Assembly: GCF_000143415.4 (NCBI RefSeq)
Contig: NW_003314266.1
Span: 3,294,398 to 3,358,397, forward strand
Direction of reading: 5' to 3'
Source of the DNA: Selaginella moellendorffii
Taxonomy: Eukaryota > Plantae > Lycopodiophyta
DNA: 64,000 nt
A program made the translations under genes and the position numbers. Positions within the stretch are counted from its first letter, which is position 1; every line of letters begins with the position of its first letter. The notes below the pieces were generated by a model that was not told the origin of the DNA, did no database searches, and saw only the letters and a program-made list of their open reading frames with translations. Positions 36,753 through 50,001 of the stretch are shown piece after piece.

Positions 36753-38162
36753 TGTTAGGGCGTGGCCACCGAGAGAGTAAGAGAGAGAGAGGGAATATTT
36801 TGGTCCTCAAAATATTCCCCATCTTCCTTGTATAAAACCCTTGCCTCACAAGGGCAAGGGGTGCATTTTTGTGAAGAGCATTGAAGCATTTCTCATGTTT
36901 GAGTGAGCATTGGGGAGGCACCCTTCCTTCCCTCAACAAATGGTGAACCCAGCGTGACCGTAGCACTTTCTGAGGCGTCATTTCTCCTTTTTTTTTGGCC
37001 GCAGAGTTTGGGAAGGAATTCCTTGTTCGTCTTGTGGTGGTTTTGTTTGATCTTGGGCGTGTTGGATAAGTCTAGAGCTCCTCTTTCCAGCAAGGTAAGA
37101 CGCTCATCAAGCTGTGCAGTATTTGAAGAGATACAACATTTTTTGGCTCGGTTTGAGCAACAATTTGGGGTTTTTACTATTTCGCCTAGATCCTCGACCC
37201 AATTTCTCAAAGTAGTGCATTTGGGCTTGTAGATCTGGCCTAGATCTACGAGTAGTGGTGATTCTCAGCACTAGATTTGGCCAAATTAGTAGCATGCAAA
37301 AGGATTTTCTTCTCCGGCTAGATTAGGCCATCTTTGTAATAGGAATTCATGCTCCTCCGGGCTTTGTTTTGGTTGCCGATTGTTTCTAGAGGTGCTCCTG
37401 GTCCTAGGCTTTCCAAAAGTACCAACGGCGCCTTAGTATTGATCTACATTAGTGACATGCACATGTTTTTCCACAATGATGGCATTCTGCCTCCTCTTGG
37501 ATCTTGGGTTACATTGAAGTGGCTTCTTCCCAAATTCCTGCAATAGAGGGTAAATGGGGTTGAGCTCTTTCGAACGAGCCCACCAACAGTCAAAATGGGG
37601 AAGGATCAAGACCAAAGGACTCATTTTTCTCTTTTAGGCTAAACTTTGTTGGGGTTTCCTTGGGAACGAAGCAATCTTCAAGGAACGGGTTGGCATAGGA
37701 ATAGGAATAGGAACAAGAGTTGGTGTAGGAATAGGAACAGGAGGAACAGGAACGGGGACAGTAGGAGCAAGTGCAGGGATAGGAGTTGGTGTTGGAGCAG
37801 GCACAGGAGTAGGAGCGAGAGCGGGGGGTTACCGGTTACATGTTACAAATCCCCAGTTACCAGTTACCAGTTACTCCAGCAGCTACTCCGACGGTTACCC
37901 TATAGGTCGATGGTTACGTGTGCTTAAGGCCTACATCTCCTTCCATTTCATCCCTTATTTCTCTTCGTCACTAACATTTTGGGCAACTTTGAGCAACTTG
38001 AGCACTAGCCTACAGTCTTTCTTGCTTCTGTCAACCTAGTTGCCTTTGCTGGGCATTTGCAGTGTTCAGGGTATTTGATGCCGGTACAAACTAGATGTAC
38101 AACAAATTGGCACCCTTTTACCGTACCTCAAAGCCCTAAGGTACGGAGTAAAATTTCTAACA
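36753..38162 (-). repeat. 1.4-kb LTR (TGTTAG...CTAACA)
   Basis: 6-bp inverted termini; abuts a PBS; internal AGGAAT/AGGAAC and GTTACCA repeats. Confidence 0.7.
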
Positions 38163-38169
38163 GCTTAGT

Positions 38170-41100
38170 TGTTATGATCCGGCGCAAAAAGACAGAGACC
38201 TAGTCGCCCTTAACTATGTTACGCCACCTCTTGAGGTTCCTCACCACCCAACCACCCCCGAGCTACCTCAAAAGCTCCACTGTGCCGTCGCTCCACTGTG
38301 AGCCCTAGGGCCTAGGGTAGCTTAGTCCCTTACCCTAACATGCCTTAATATACCCTTGAGCCTCCCTTTGACTGATGTTGACCACGTAGTCAAAGCTGGC
38401 GCCTAACAATTCTTCCCCCCCAACAAAGTCCTTGTCCCAAGGACGAGTTGTACCAGTGATCACCCTTTCTGGGGAACCCTGCTCAAGCTCCTGGTCCATC
38501 TTCCACAGCCGTATACATCAAGGAGGTATTGGGCCCGTCACTCCGAGATAGTACACCTTTCAACTGGCTAACATAAAATACCAGATGAATTTTCACCCCA
38601 GCTGGCAGCCGCACCCGATAAGCCGCTTTACCAATGTGCTCTAGCACTTCATATGGACCAGCATATCGATGGGAAAGATTATCACTCTTCCCTATCCGTA
38701 AAGGCACCAAGGTGTTCTACCGCTCATTTGACGGAAAGATCACTCACACAAAGACGAGATCACCCTCCTTATATTCCCAGAATTGGCGATGCTCATTGGC
38801 AAACTTCTCTGCTCTATCTTGAGCTGCTTGCAAATTCCGTTTGCACACCACCAAAATCTCATCAAGTTCTATGGCCAAATCAGTTGCCTCGGAATCAAGC
38901 TTATCTTGAACATCCTTACTCAAATGCAAACCCAACTCCACCGCTGTTCGAGGATGCCTTCCAAACATGGCAAAATAAGGACTTAGCTTGGTTCCACTGT
39001 GTTGGCTATTCTTGTTAGCAAATTGCACCAACGGAAGATATAGATTCCACTGTCCTTGCCTTTGACCAATGCTACAACGTAGTATATCCTCCACCACCTG
39101 ATTCACATGCTTAGTTTGTCCATCTGTCTGAGGATGATCTCCACTCGAGAGTTTCAAAGTCACTTGCATAGCCTTTGCAAAGCTTTTCCAAAATCCACTG
39201 GTGAACTTTGAATCTCGATCACTAATGATGTCCTTCGGCAAAACAAAATCAAGAAAAACCTTCTCCAAGTAAACCACAGCCAAGTCTAAGGCAGTGATAG
39301 TCTTCTAAAAAGCCAACAACCGTACATACTTCGTCAACCGATCCACTATGACCCATACTTGCTCCTTTTGCCTCTGTGTTCGTGGCAAACAAGTGATGAA
39401 GTCCATAGAGATAATACACCAATGGCTCTGAGGAATAGGTAAAGGTTGCAAAAGTCCCCCTGGCTTCTCCCTTGGCACCTTAACCCGCTGACAAAGCTCG
39501 CATGATTTATAATACTTAAGGATATCAGCCTTCATATTCCTCCACTAAAAGTTGCACTTAATCAACTCATACGTCTTTTTCCCCCCAAAATGACTGGCCT
39601 CTGGACGATCATGATAGTGGAATTAAACTTGAGTAATTAACGCATCCACCCGTGGCAAATATACACAGCCATTGTAGTAGAGAATCCCATCCACTAATGA
39701 GAAAGGGGTTTCCATTTGGTCTTGCAAAGAGGCCACCTCAGCATCTTAAGCCTGAGCATGCTCAACCAACTGCCCAAACTCGCTGACCACCTTACTCAAA
39801 TGATGACAAAATTGTGTTTGTAATGTCATCACATGACGAACACCAGATAACGCATCTGCCACCACATTGGATTTTCCCGGACGATGCTCAATAGGAAACT
39901 CCCCAAACTCCATGAGTTTGACCATCCAACGAGCTTGCCTAGTGTTCAACTCCTTCTGTGTGAAAAGATACACAATTGGTTTGTGATCTGTCAACACCAC
40001 GAACACTGCACCATAAAGATAGTGCCGCCACGTTTGCAAAGCATGAACAATAGAGAGTAACTCTTGCTCATATGTGGAATAGCGTTGCTCCGCGGAATTC
40101 AAAGTTTGACTCTCATATGCAATAAGCTGTCCCTCTTGCATGAGAACTCCTCCCAATGCATAACCACTCATATCGCATGTCACCTCGTAAGGTTTCGATG
40201 GATCAGCAATGCGAAGCACTGGAGTCTCGCTTAACAATTGCTTCAGCGCCACAAAACTCTCCTCTTGTGGCTTCTTCCACTCGAATGGCACATTCTTGCG
40301 TAACAATTGCATCAAAGGAATAGCCGCCTCTGCAAACTTATGTTGGAAACGTCGGTAGTAACTTACTAAGAAAACTGTGCAACTCAGCCACTGTAGTCAG
40401 TGTAGGCCAGTTTTCCACCACAGCCACCTTCCTTGGATTTGTCTTGACACCCTTAGATGTCACAATATGGCCTAGATATTCCACCTCTGACTTTGCAAAT
40501 TCACATTTGCTCTTCTTCGCATAAAGTTTGCTGTCTCGGAATAACAAAAGAACCTTGCGCAAATGCACCCTATGCTCCTCCATATTCTTGCTAAAAACAA
40601 GAATATCGTCCAAGAAAATCTCCACAAACTCATGAAGATAATGCCCAAATACCTCCGTCATCAACCGAGTAAATGTGGCCGGTGCATTCGTCAAACCAAA
40701 CGGCATAACTGTAAACTCAAAATGTCCGAAGCTTGTGTTGAATGCCGTCTTGGAGATAGATGCATCATCCATTGCAATCTGATGATATCCACTCTTCAGA
40801 TCAATCTTGGTAAACACTCGTGCTTCACCAAGCTTGTCCAGGATATCATCCACACGTGGCATCGGCATCTTATCTTTCACTGTCTTCTTGTTCAAAGCAC
40901 GGTAGTCAATACACATCTGCATTAAACTGTCCTTCTTCTTCACAAGCAAGACCGGAGCACCAAACGGAGACTTACTTGGTTGAATGAATCCAAACTCAAG
41001 TAACTCCTTGACTTGTCGTTAAACTTCTTGCTCCTCCGCATAACTTAACCAAAATGGATGCCGGTAAATTTGCTGCATCCCCAGCTCCAATGTAATCCCA

Positions 41101-43065
41101 TGCTCCACACCTCGTAATGGAGGCAACCCATGAGGAAGTTCATGTGGAAAAACATTAGAAAACTCGTCTAGTACATCCCATACTGCTGCTTCTCCCCCAC
41201 ATGTGTCTTGGTCCCCCAAGTCACGAACAAACAACAAGTAAGTAGAAAGTGCTTTTCCATTAGGACAAGCCCACTTCAAAGATGTAGTAGAGAGCATAAC
41301 AACTGGGGGTTGAACGCCCTCGCCAAACCACACATCTTTAACGCCACCATACTCTAGCGAGATACGCTTAATACTCCACTTTATCTCTGGATCCACCTTC
41401 ACCAACCATGGCATCCTAAGGATGAGATCCACACGATGGATATCCGCGAGATAAAAAGTCTCCACAAGTGTGGTTTTGCCAACCAACACTTCCAGCCCCT
41501 CGACACAAGCATCGAAATGCTGAGCAGAGGTAGCTGCACCTTCCACTGTGTATGGAAGAACTCCGCATGTGACCAAGCCATGCTCCGCAACAAACTTTGC
41601 CAAAACAAAGTTGTCATTGCTCCCACTATTCAGTAAAATCTGCACTGGATCACCACGGAACACACCCTCCAGCATTAAAGCTGATTCATGCGTATCCTTG
41701 AGCTCCATCTTGTTCCACACATAGTTGAGCTGACGAGCAACAATTGAAAGTCGCTTCCTCCGACCGGAATGGTCGTTCTCCTCATCCTCACATTGCAAAG
41801 TTTGTAACTTTTTAGTATCTGACTTATCGTGAGAAGAAGATTGGCCATTCTTCTTGTCCTGCTACTTGTTCTTCAACTGCGGACTATCAGCTTTGTAGTG
41901 TCTAAGTTCCCCGCAATGATGACAACCTTGTCTATAATTCTTCACAAAGAACTTCTGCTTCTTGGACCCCTTTGCATCCGAAGTAGTCACCACCGACTTC
42001 AACTTGTGATGCTTGTTCCCATCCTTGTGTCCACGGCGATCATCACGACGATTCTCGGCAGAAGGACTCCGGGAACGCTTGCGAAACTTGTGCTTATCAT
42101 TGTCAAGTCGACAAGCCGCATCAAAGAGCTCCTCCAAACTCTTTGTAAGCTGAGAATGACGCAAGTGTTGCCGCATGCTCTCACTATGTAGGCCATCAAT
42201 GAAGTAGGACTTGTTCTAATCTGGATCCTTCGTTGGAACACAACTAATCAAGCGAGTTAGCTTCTCAATATAGTCCCCAAGCGTCATTTTCCCTTGCTGG
42301 AAATGTTGAAGTTCTGTACGAGCATTCTCCACGTTATAATGAGGGGCAAAACGTAAACAAAAAGCAGCCTCAAACTCATCCATGGTAGACACTGGTGGTT
42401 TCTTATCCGCAACACGGGACTGCTCAAGCCAATTCCACCATCGAAGACCCGCATCACGCAAAACCATCGGAATGGCCACTAAAGCCTCTGCATCCGGAGT
42501 TCCCCTAGCAGCCAAGAACTTCTTCACATTAGCTAGCTAAGCGAGACACTCGTCCACACCACCATCACCGGAAAAAGTTGGAATCTTGAGTTGATCTACC
42601 AAAGAAGGCTTACTTGGAGCGCTACCCCGTCCAGCCTCGAGTGCCTCAACACGCCCGCACATGGTATCCATCATGCCATGCATCTCGTCTTGCATCTCTT
42701 GCTGATTTCGGTTAAGGGCTCGCAGCTCATAAACCACATCTTGAATGGTCCAAATCTCTGCAGCTTTGTCAGCACCATTATCGGCACCACCATCGACAAT
42801 AGGATTCCAGTGTTCAGCTTGGTCAGCCATCGCAACCAACTCCTCTGATACCAATGTTATGATCCGGCGCAAAAAGATAGAGATCTAGTCGCCCTTAACT
42901 ATGCTACACCACCTCTTGAGGTTCCTCACCACCTAACCACCCCTGAGCTACCTCAAAAGCTCCACTGCACCGCCGCTCCACTGTGAGCCCTAGGGTAGCT
43001 TAGTCCCTTACCCTAACATGCCTTAATATATATTTGAGCCTCCCTTTGACCGATGTTGACCAAGT
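38170..43065 (-). mobile_element. Ty3/gypsy element D1, near full length, pseudogenised
   Basis: 3' LTR 38170-38408 with adjacent PPT; 5' LTR from 42855 (truncated) with PBS at 42843-42853. Order gag (CHHCGE..H knuckle), protease (LLNSGS), RT (CIDYRALN, FLDDIL), RNase H, integrase (HPQTDGQT, GPY). Confidence 0.93.
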
Positions 43066-44738
43066 GATTAGCCAGTTGGCTTAGGGTGTAAGGGATAGGA
43101 TCCTAACATTGGTATCGGAGCCCAGTTCGATTCTCGTGGCTGACGAGTGGGGCAGGAATATTCCTTGGTATGGCTAGTTACTACCGACCTTTCCAGCATA
43201 AGTTTGCAGAGGTGGCTATTCCTTTGACATGGTTGTTACGTAAGAATGATGTTCTTCACATTGGCTAGCCAAGTGAGACACTCGTCCACACCACCATCAC
43301 CAGAAAAAGTTTGAATTTTGAGTTGATCTACCAAAGAAGACCATCCCCCTCGTCAGCCTCGAGTGCCTCACCACGCCCACGCATGGTATCCATCATGCCA
43401 TGCATCTCGTCTTGCATCTCTTGCTAATTTTGGTTAAGGGCTCGCAGCTCATGAACCACATCTTGAATGGTCTAAATCTCCGCAGCTTCGTCAGCACCAT
43501 TGTCGGCACCACCATCGACAATAGGATTGTGGCTGACATAAAATACCGGATGAATTTTCACCCCAGCTGGCAGCCGCACCCGATAAGCCTCTTTACCAAT
43601 GCGCTCCAGCACTTCATATGGACCAGCATATCGATGGGAAAGTTTATCACTCTTCCCTGTCCGTAAAGGCACCAAGGTGTTCCACCACTCACTTGACTGA
43701 AAGATCACTCGCACAAAGACGAGATCACCCACCTTATATTCCCGGAATTGGCGATGCCCATTGGCAAACTTCTCCACTCTATCCTGAGCTGCTTGCAAAC
43801 TCCGTTTGCACACCACCAAAATCTCATCAAGTTTTGTGGCCAAATCAGTCGCCTCGAAATCAAGCTTATCTTGAACGTCCTTACTCAAATGCAAGCACAA
43901 CTCCACTGCTGTTCGAGGATGCCTTCCAAAGATGGCAAAATAAGGACTTAGCTTAGTTCCACTGTAATATCATCTTGTGTAACGTGTGGATGATATCCTG
44001 GACAAGCTTGGTGAAGCACGAGTGTTTACCAAGATTGATCTGAGGAGTGGATATCATCAAATTGCAATGGATGATATATCTATCTCCAAGACGGCATTCA
44101 ATACAAGCTTCGGACATTTTGAGTTTACAGTTATGCCATTTGGTTTGACGAATGCACTGGCCACATTTACTCAGTTGATGACGGAGGTATTTGGGCGTTA
44201 TCTTCATGAGTTTTTGGAGATTTTCTTGGACGATATTCTTGTTTTTAGCAAGAATATGGAGGAGCATAGGGTGCATTTGCGCAAGGTTCTTTTGTTACTT
44301 CGAGACAGCAAACTTTATGTGAAGAAGAGCAAATGTGAATTTGCAAAGTCAGAAGTGGAATATTTAGGCCATATTGTGACATCTAAGGGTGTCAAGATAG
44401 ATCCAAGGAAGGTGGCTGTGGTGGAAAACTGGCCTACACCGACTACGGTGGCCGAGTTGCGCAGTTTTCTTGGTATAGCTAGTTACTACCGACGTTTCCA
44501 GCATAAGTTTGCAGAGGTGGCTATTCCTTTGACGTAGTTGTTACGCAAGAATGTGCCATTCGAGTGGAAGAAGCCACAAGAGAAGAGTTTTGTGGCAATC
44601 ATACTTTAGGCCACCCTCTGATCACCATGGTCCTTCTCTTAAGGTCTACCAACCCTTGGTTCTCCCTCTAGATCCACCATGTTGAATATTCCTTCAAAAT
44701 ATTTCTGCCCCACTCATCAGCTACGAGAATCGAACTAG

Positions 44739-45596
44739 TGTAGCGCATGTGATCATGGGATGAGATTTGGATATATTGTCACCGTGGATCCTTGGAACCT
44801 TGGGGGATAAATGGGGATAAAATAGCCACTAAGGGCTCTCTCATCAAGCAATTGCCCCTTTTCCAGTTGGCTTAAGGGGAGAGAGATAAGGTGCACTACA
44901 GTTAGTATTAGAGCAAATGGCATGGATTCGATTCCTATTAATTAGTGGCTACTTAAAAAATATAATATACCCTTCAGCAAGGTATATTCCTACCCCTAAA
45001 TTTGAAATCGTACATATTGGGCATCCATGCATACGTCTTTCCTCTTGTGTGGAGTATCCACGGACGAAGGTATCCACCATGGGACTGCGCTACGGGTGGA
45101 TGACTAGTTGCTTCACATGGAATAGCTGGTCTACACAATATAAGGATTGGTAGATTGAGTGCGGAAATGTAGGTGCTGGTTCCCCTTGGCTCAGTAGGAG
45201 TTGTTAGTCAATAGTCAATGAGGACATTGACATCTCTGAAGGGGGGGCGCATGTGATCATGGAATGAGATTTGGATATATTGTCACCGTGGATCCTCACA
45301 TGGAATAGCTAGTCTACACAATAGAAGGATTGGTAGATTGAGTGCGGAAATGTAGGTGTTGGTTCCCCTTGGCTCAGTAGGGGTTGTTAGTCAATAGTCA
45401 ATGAGGACATTGACATCTCTGAAGAGGGGGGTGAGTGTAGTGCATGTGATCATGGAATGAGATTTGAATATATTGTCATCGTGGATCCTTGGAACCTTGG
45501 GGGATAAATGGGGATAAAATAGCCACTAAGGGCTCTCTCATCAAGCAATTGCCCTTTTCCAATTGGCTTAAGGGGAGAGAAATAAGGTGCGCTACA
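44739..45596 (+). mobile_element. TRIM, family E
   Basis: LTRs 44739-44900 and 45436-45596 (TGTAG...CTACA); decayed PBS at 44902; PPT before 45436; TSD ACTAG/ACTGG. Confidence 0.88.
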
Positions 45597-45601
45597 ACTG
45601 G

Positions 45602-45783
45602 GCTCCGATACCAATATTAGGATCCTATCCCTTACACCCTAAGCCAACTGGCTAAAGGGGTGATCACTTGATTGCAGGGCCCTTTCTTTATCCTATTATC
45701 CTGACCTGGTGCCTAACAATCCTCCCCCTCGTTAGGGAATGATCGTCCGCGATCATACTTTAGGCCACCCTCTGGTCACCATG
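45602..45783 (-). mobile_element. TRIM family F fragment (~103-bp LTR)
   Basis: LTR 45616-45718 with a PBS on one side and a PPT on the other. Its internal part continues at 44598-44738; an inverted piece is at 43068-43162. Confidence 0.65.
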
Positions 45784-48700
45784 GCTTTAGTGGCTATTTC
45801 GATGGTTTTGCGTGATGCGGGTTTTCGATGGTGGAATTGGCTTGAGGAGTCCCGTGTTGCGGATAAGAAACCACCAGTGTCTACCATGGGTGAGTTTGAG
45901 GCTGCTTTCCGTTTACGTTTTGCCCCTCATTACGACGTGGAGAATGCTCGTACAGAACTTCGACATTTCCAGCAAGGGAAAATGACGCTCGGGGACTATA
46001 TTGAGAAGCTTACTCGCTTGATTAGTCATGTTCCAACGAAGGATCCAAATTAGAACAAGTCCTACTTCATTGATGGCCTACATAGTGAGAGCATGCGACA
46101 ACACTTGCGTCATTCTCAGCCTACAAAGAGTTTGGAGGAGCTCTTTGATGCAGCTCGTCGACTTGACAATGACAAGCACAAGTCTTGCAAGCATTTGCGG
46201 AGTCCTTCTGTCGATAATCATCGTGATGATCGCCGTGGATACAAGGATGGGAACAAGCATCACAAGTTGAAGTCGGTGGTGACTACTTCAGATGCAAAGG
46301 GGTCCAAGAAGTAGAAGTTCTTTGTGAAGAATTATAGACAGGGTTGTCATCATTGCGGGGAACTTGGACACTACAAGGCTGATTGTCCGCAGTTGAAGAA
46401 CAAGCAGCAGGACAAGAAGAATGGCCAATCTTCTTCTCACGGTAAGTTAGATACTAAAAAGTTGCAAACTTTGCAGCGTGAGGATGAGGAGAATGACCAT
46501 TCTGGTCAGAGGAAGCGACTTTCGATCGTTGCTCGTCAACTCAACTATGTGTGGAACAAGATGGAGCTCGAGGATACGCGTGAATCAGCTTTAATGCTGG
46601 AGGGCGTGTTCCGTGGCGATCCAGTGCGGATTTTACTGGATAGTGGGAGTGATGACAACTTTGTTTAGGCAAAGTTTGTTGCAGAGCATGGCTTGGTCAC
46701 ACGCAGAGTTCTTGCATACACAATGGAAGGTGCAGCTACCTCTGCTCAGCATTTCGATGCTTGTGTTGAGGGGCTGGAAGTGTTGGTTGGCAAAACCACA
46801 CTTGTGGAGACTTTTTATCTCGCAGATATCCATCGAGTGAATCTCATCCTTGGGATGCCATGGTTGGTGAAGGTGGATCCAGAGATAAAGTGGAGTATTA
46901 AGCGTATCTCACTGGAGTATGGTGGCGTTAAAGATGTGTGGTTTGGCGAGAGCATTCAACCCCCAGTTGTTATGCTCTCTGCTACATCTTTGAAGCGGGC
47001 TTGTCGTAATAGAAAAGCACTTTCGAGTTACTTGCTGTTTGTTCGTGACTTGGGGGACCAAGGCACGTGTGGGGGAGAAGCAGTAGTATGGGATGTACTA
47101 AACAAGTTTTCTGATGTTTTTCCATCTGAACTTCCTCATGGATTGCCTCCGTTACGAGGTGTGGAGCATGGGATTACGTTGGAGCCGGGGATACGGCGAA
47201 TTTATCGGCATCCATTTCGGTTAAGTTATACGGAGGAGTAAGAAGTTCAACGACAAGTCAAAGAGTTACTTGAGTTGTGATTCATTCAGCCAAGTAAGTC
47301 TCCGTTTGGTGCTCCGGTCTTGCTTGTGAAGAAGAAGGACGGTTCAATGCGGATGTGTATTGACTACCGCACTTTGAACAAGAAGATAGTGAAGGATAAG
47401 ATGCCGATGCCACGTGTGGATGATATCCTAGACAAGCTTGGTGAAGCACGAGTGTTTACCAAGATTGATCTGAGGACTGGATATCATCAAATTGCAATGG
47501 ATGATGCATCTATCTCCAAGACGGCATTCAACACAAGCTTCAGACATTTTGAGTTTACAGTTATGCCGTTTGGTTTGACAAATGCACCGGCTACATTTAC
47601 TCAGTTGATGATGGAGGTATTTGGGCGTTATCTTCATGAGTTTTTGGAGATTTTCTTGGACGATATTCTTGTTTTTAGCAAGAATATGGAGGAGCATAGG
47701 ATGCATTTGAGCAAGGTTCTTTTGTTACTCCGAGACAGCAAACTTTATGCGAAGAAGAGCAAATGTGAATTTGCAAAGTCAGAGGTGGAATATCTAGGCC
47801 ATATTGTGACATCTAAGGGTGTCAAGATAGATCCAAGGAAGGTGGCTGTGGTGGAAAACTGGCCTACACCGACTACGGTGGCTGAGTTGCACAGTTTTCT
47901 TAGTATGGCTAGTTACTACCGACGTTTCCAGCATAAGTTTGTAGAGGCGGCTATTCCTTTGATGCGGTTGTTACGCAAGAATGTGCCATTCGAGTGGAAG
48001 AAGCCACAAGAGGAGAGTTTTGTGGCGCTGAAGCGATTGTTGAGCGAGACTCCAGTGCTTCGCATTGTTGATCCATCGAAACCTTATGAGGTGACATGCG
48101 ATATGAGTGGTTATGCACTGGGAGGAGTTCTCATGCAAGAGGGATAGCATATTGCATATGAGAGTCGAACTTTGAATTCCGCGAAGCAACGCTATTCCAC
48201 ATATGAGCAAGAGTTACTCTCTATTGTTCATGCTTTGCAAACGTGGCGGCACTATCTTTATGGTGCAGTGTTCGTGGTGTTGACAGATCACAAACCAATT
48301 GTGTATCTTTTCACACAGAAGGAATTGAACACTAGGCAAGCTCGTTGGATGGTCAAACTCATGGAGTTTGGGGAATTTCCTATTGAGCATCGTCCGGGAA
48401 AATCCAATGTGGTGGCAGATGCGTTATCTGGTGTTCGTCATGTGATGACATTACAAACACAATTTTGTTATCATTTGAGTAAGGTGGTCAGCGAGTTTGG
48501 GCAGTTGGTTGAGCATGCTCAGGCTCAGGATGCTGAGGTGGCCTCTTTGCGAGACCTAATGGAAGCCCCTTTCTCATTGGTGGATGGGATTCTCTACTAC
48601 AATGGCCGTGTATATTTGCCACGGGTGGATGTGTTAATTACTCAAGTTTTATTCCACTATCATGATCGTCCAGAGCCACTATCATGGTCATCCAGAGGCT

Positions 48701-49929
48701 GGTCATTTTGGGGGGAAAAAGACGTATGAGTTGATTAAGCACAACTTTATTGGAGGAATATGAAGGCTGATATCCTCAAGTAATGTAAATCGTGCGAGCT
48801 TTGTCAGCGGGTTAAGGTGCCACGGGAGAAGCCGGGGGAACTTTTGCAACCTTTACCTATTCCTCAGAGCCGTTGGTGTAGTATCTCTATGGACTTCATC
48901 ACTTGTTTGCCATGAACACAGAGGCAAAAGGAGAAAGTATGGGTCATAGTGGATCGGTTGATGAAGTATGTGCGGTTGTTGGCTCTTCGGAAGACTGTCA
49001 CTGCCTCAGACTTGGCTGCGGTTGCCGGAGGACATCATTAGTGATCGAGATTCAAAGTTCACCAGTGGATTTTGGAAAAGCTTTGCAAAGGCTATGCAAG
49101 TGACTTTGAAACTCTCGAGTGGAGATCATCCTCAGATGGATGGGCAAACCGAGCGTGTGAATCAGGTGGTGAAGGATATGCTACGTTGTAGCATTGGTCA
49201 AAGGCAAGGACAGTGGGATTTATATCTTCCGTTGGTGCAATTTGCTTACAACAATAGCCAACACAGTGGAACCAAGCTAAGTCCTTATTTTGCCATGTTT
49301 GGAAGGCATCCTTAAACAACGGTGGAGTTGGGTTTGCATTTGAGTAAGGACGTTCAAGATAAGCTTGATTCCGAGACGACTGATTTGGCCACAGAACTTG
49401 ATGAGATTTTGGTGGTGTGCAAACAGAATTTGCAAGCAGCTCAGGATAGAGCGGAGAAATTTGCTAATGAGCATCGCCAATTCCAGGAATATAAGGTGGG
49501 TGATCTCGTCTTTGTGCGAGCGATCTTTCCGTCAAGTGAGCGGCAGAACACCTTGGTGCCTTTACGGATAGGGAAGAGTGATAAACTTTCCCATCGATAT
49601 GCTGGTCCATATGAAGTGCTGGAGCACATTGGTAAAGCGGCTTATCAGGTGCGGCTGCCAGCTGATGTGAAAATTCATCCAGTATTTTATGTCAGCCAGT
49701 TGAAAGGTGTACTATCTCGAAGTGATGGGCCCAATGCCTCCTTGATGTATACAGCTGTGGAAGATGGACCATGAGCTTGAGCAGGGTTCCCCAGAAAGGG
49801 TGATCACTGGTACAACTCGTCCTTAGGACAAGGACTTTGTTGGGGGGGAAGAATTGTTAGGTGCCAGCTTTGACTACATGGTCAATGTTGGTCAAAGGGA
49901 GGCTCAAGGGTATATTAAGGCATGTTAGA
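45784..49929 (+). mobile_element. Ty3/gypsy element D2, 5' truncated, inverted relative to D1
   Basis: gag-PR (LLDSGS)-RT-RH-INT ORF pieces nearly identical to D1; PPT at 49842-49853; partial 3' LTR 49855-49929. Confidence 0.93.
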
Positions 49930-50001
49930 GCCCTCTCTGCACCTTCTCGGGCCGAGTCCTCTTCATCCTTGGCAGATTTCAGTGATTTAGATCTACGAGC
50001 T

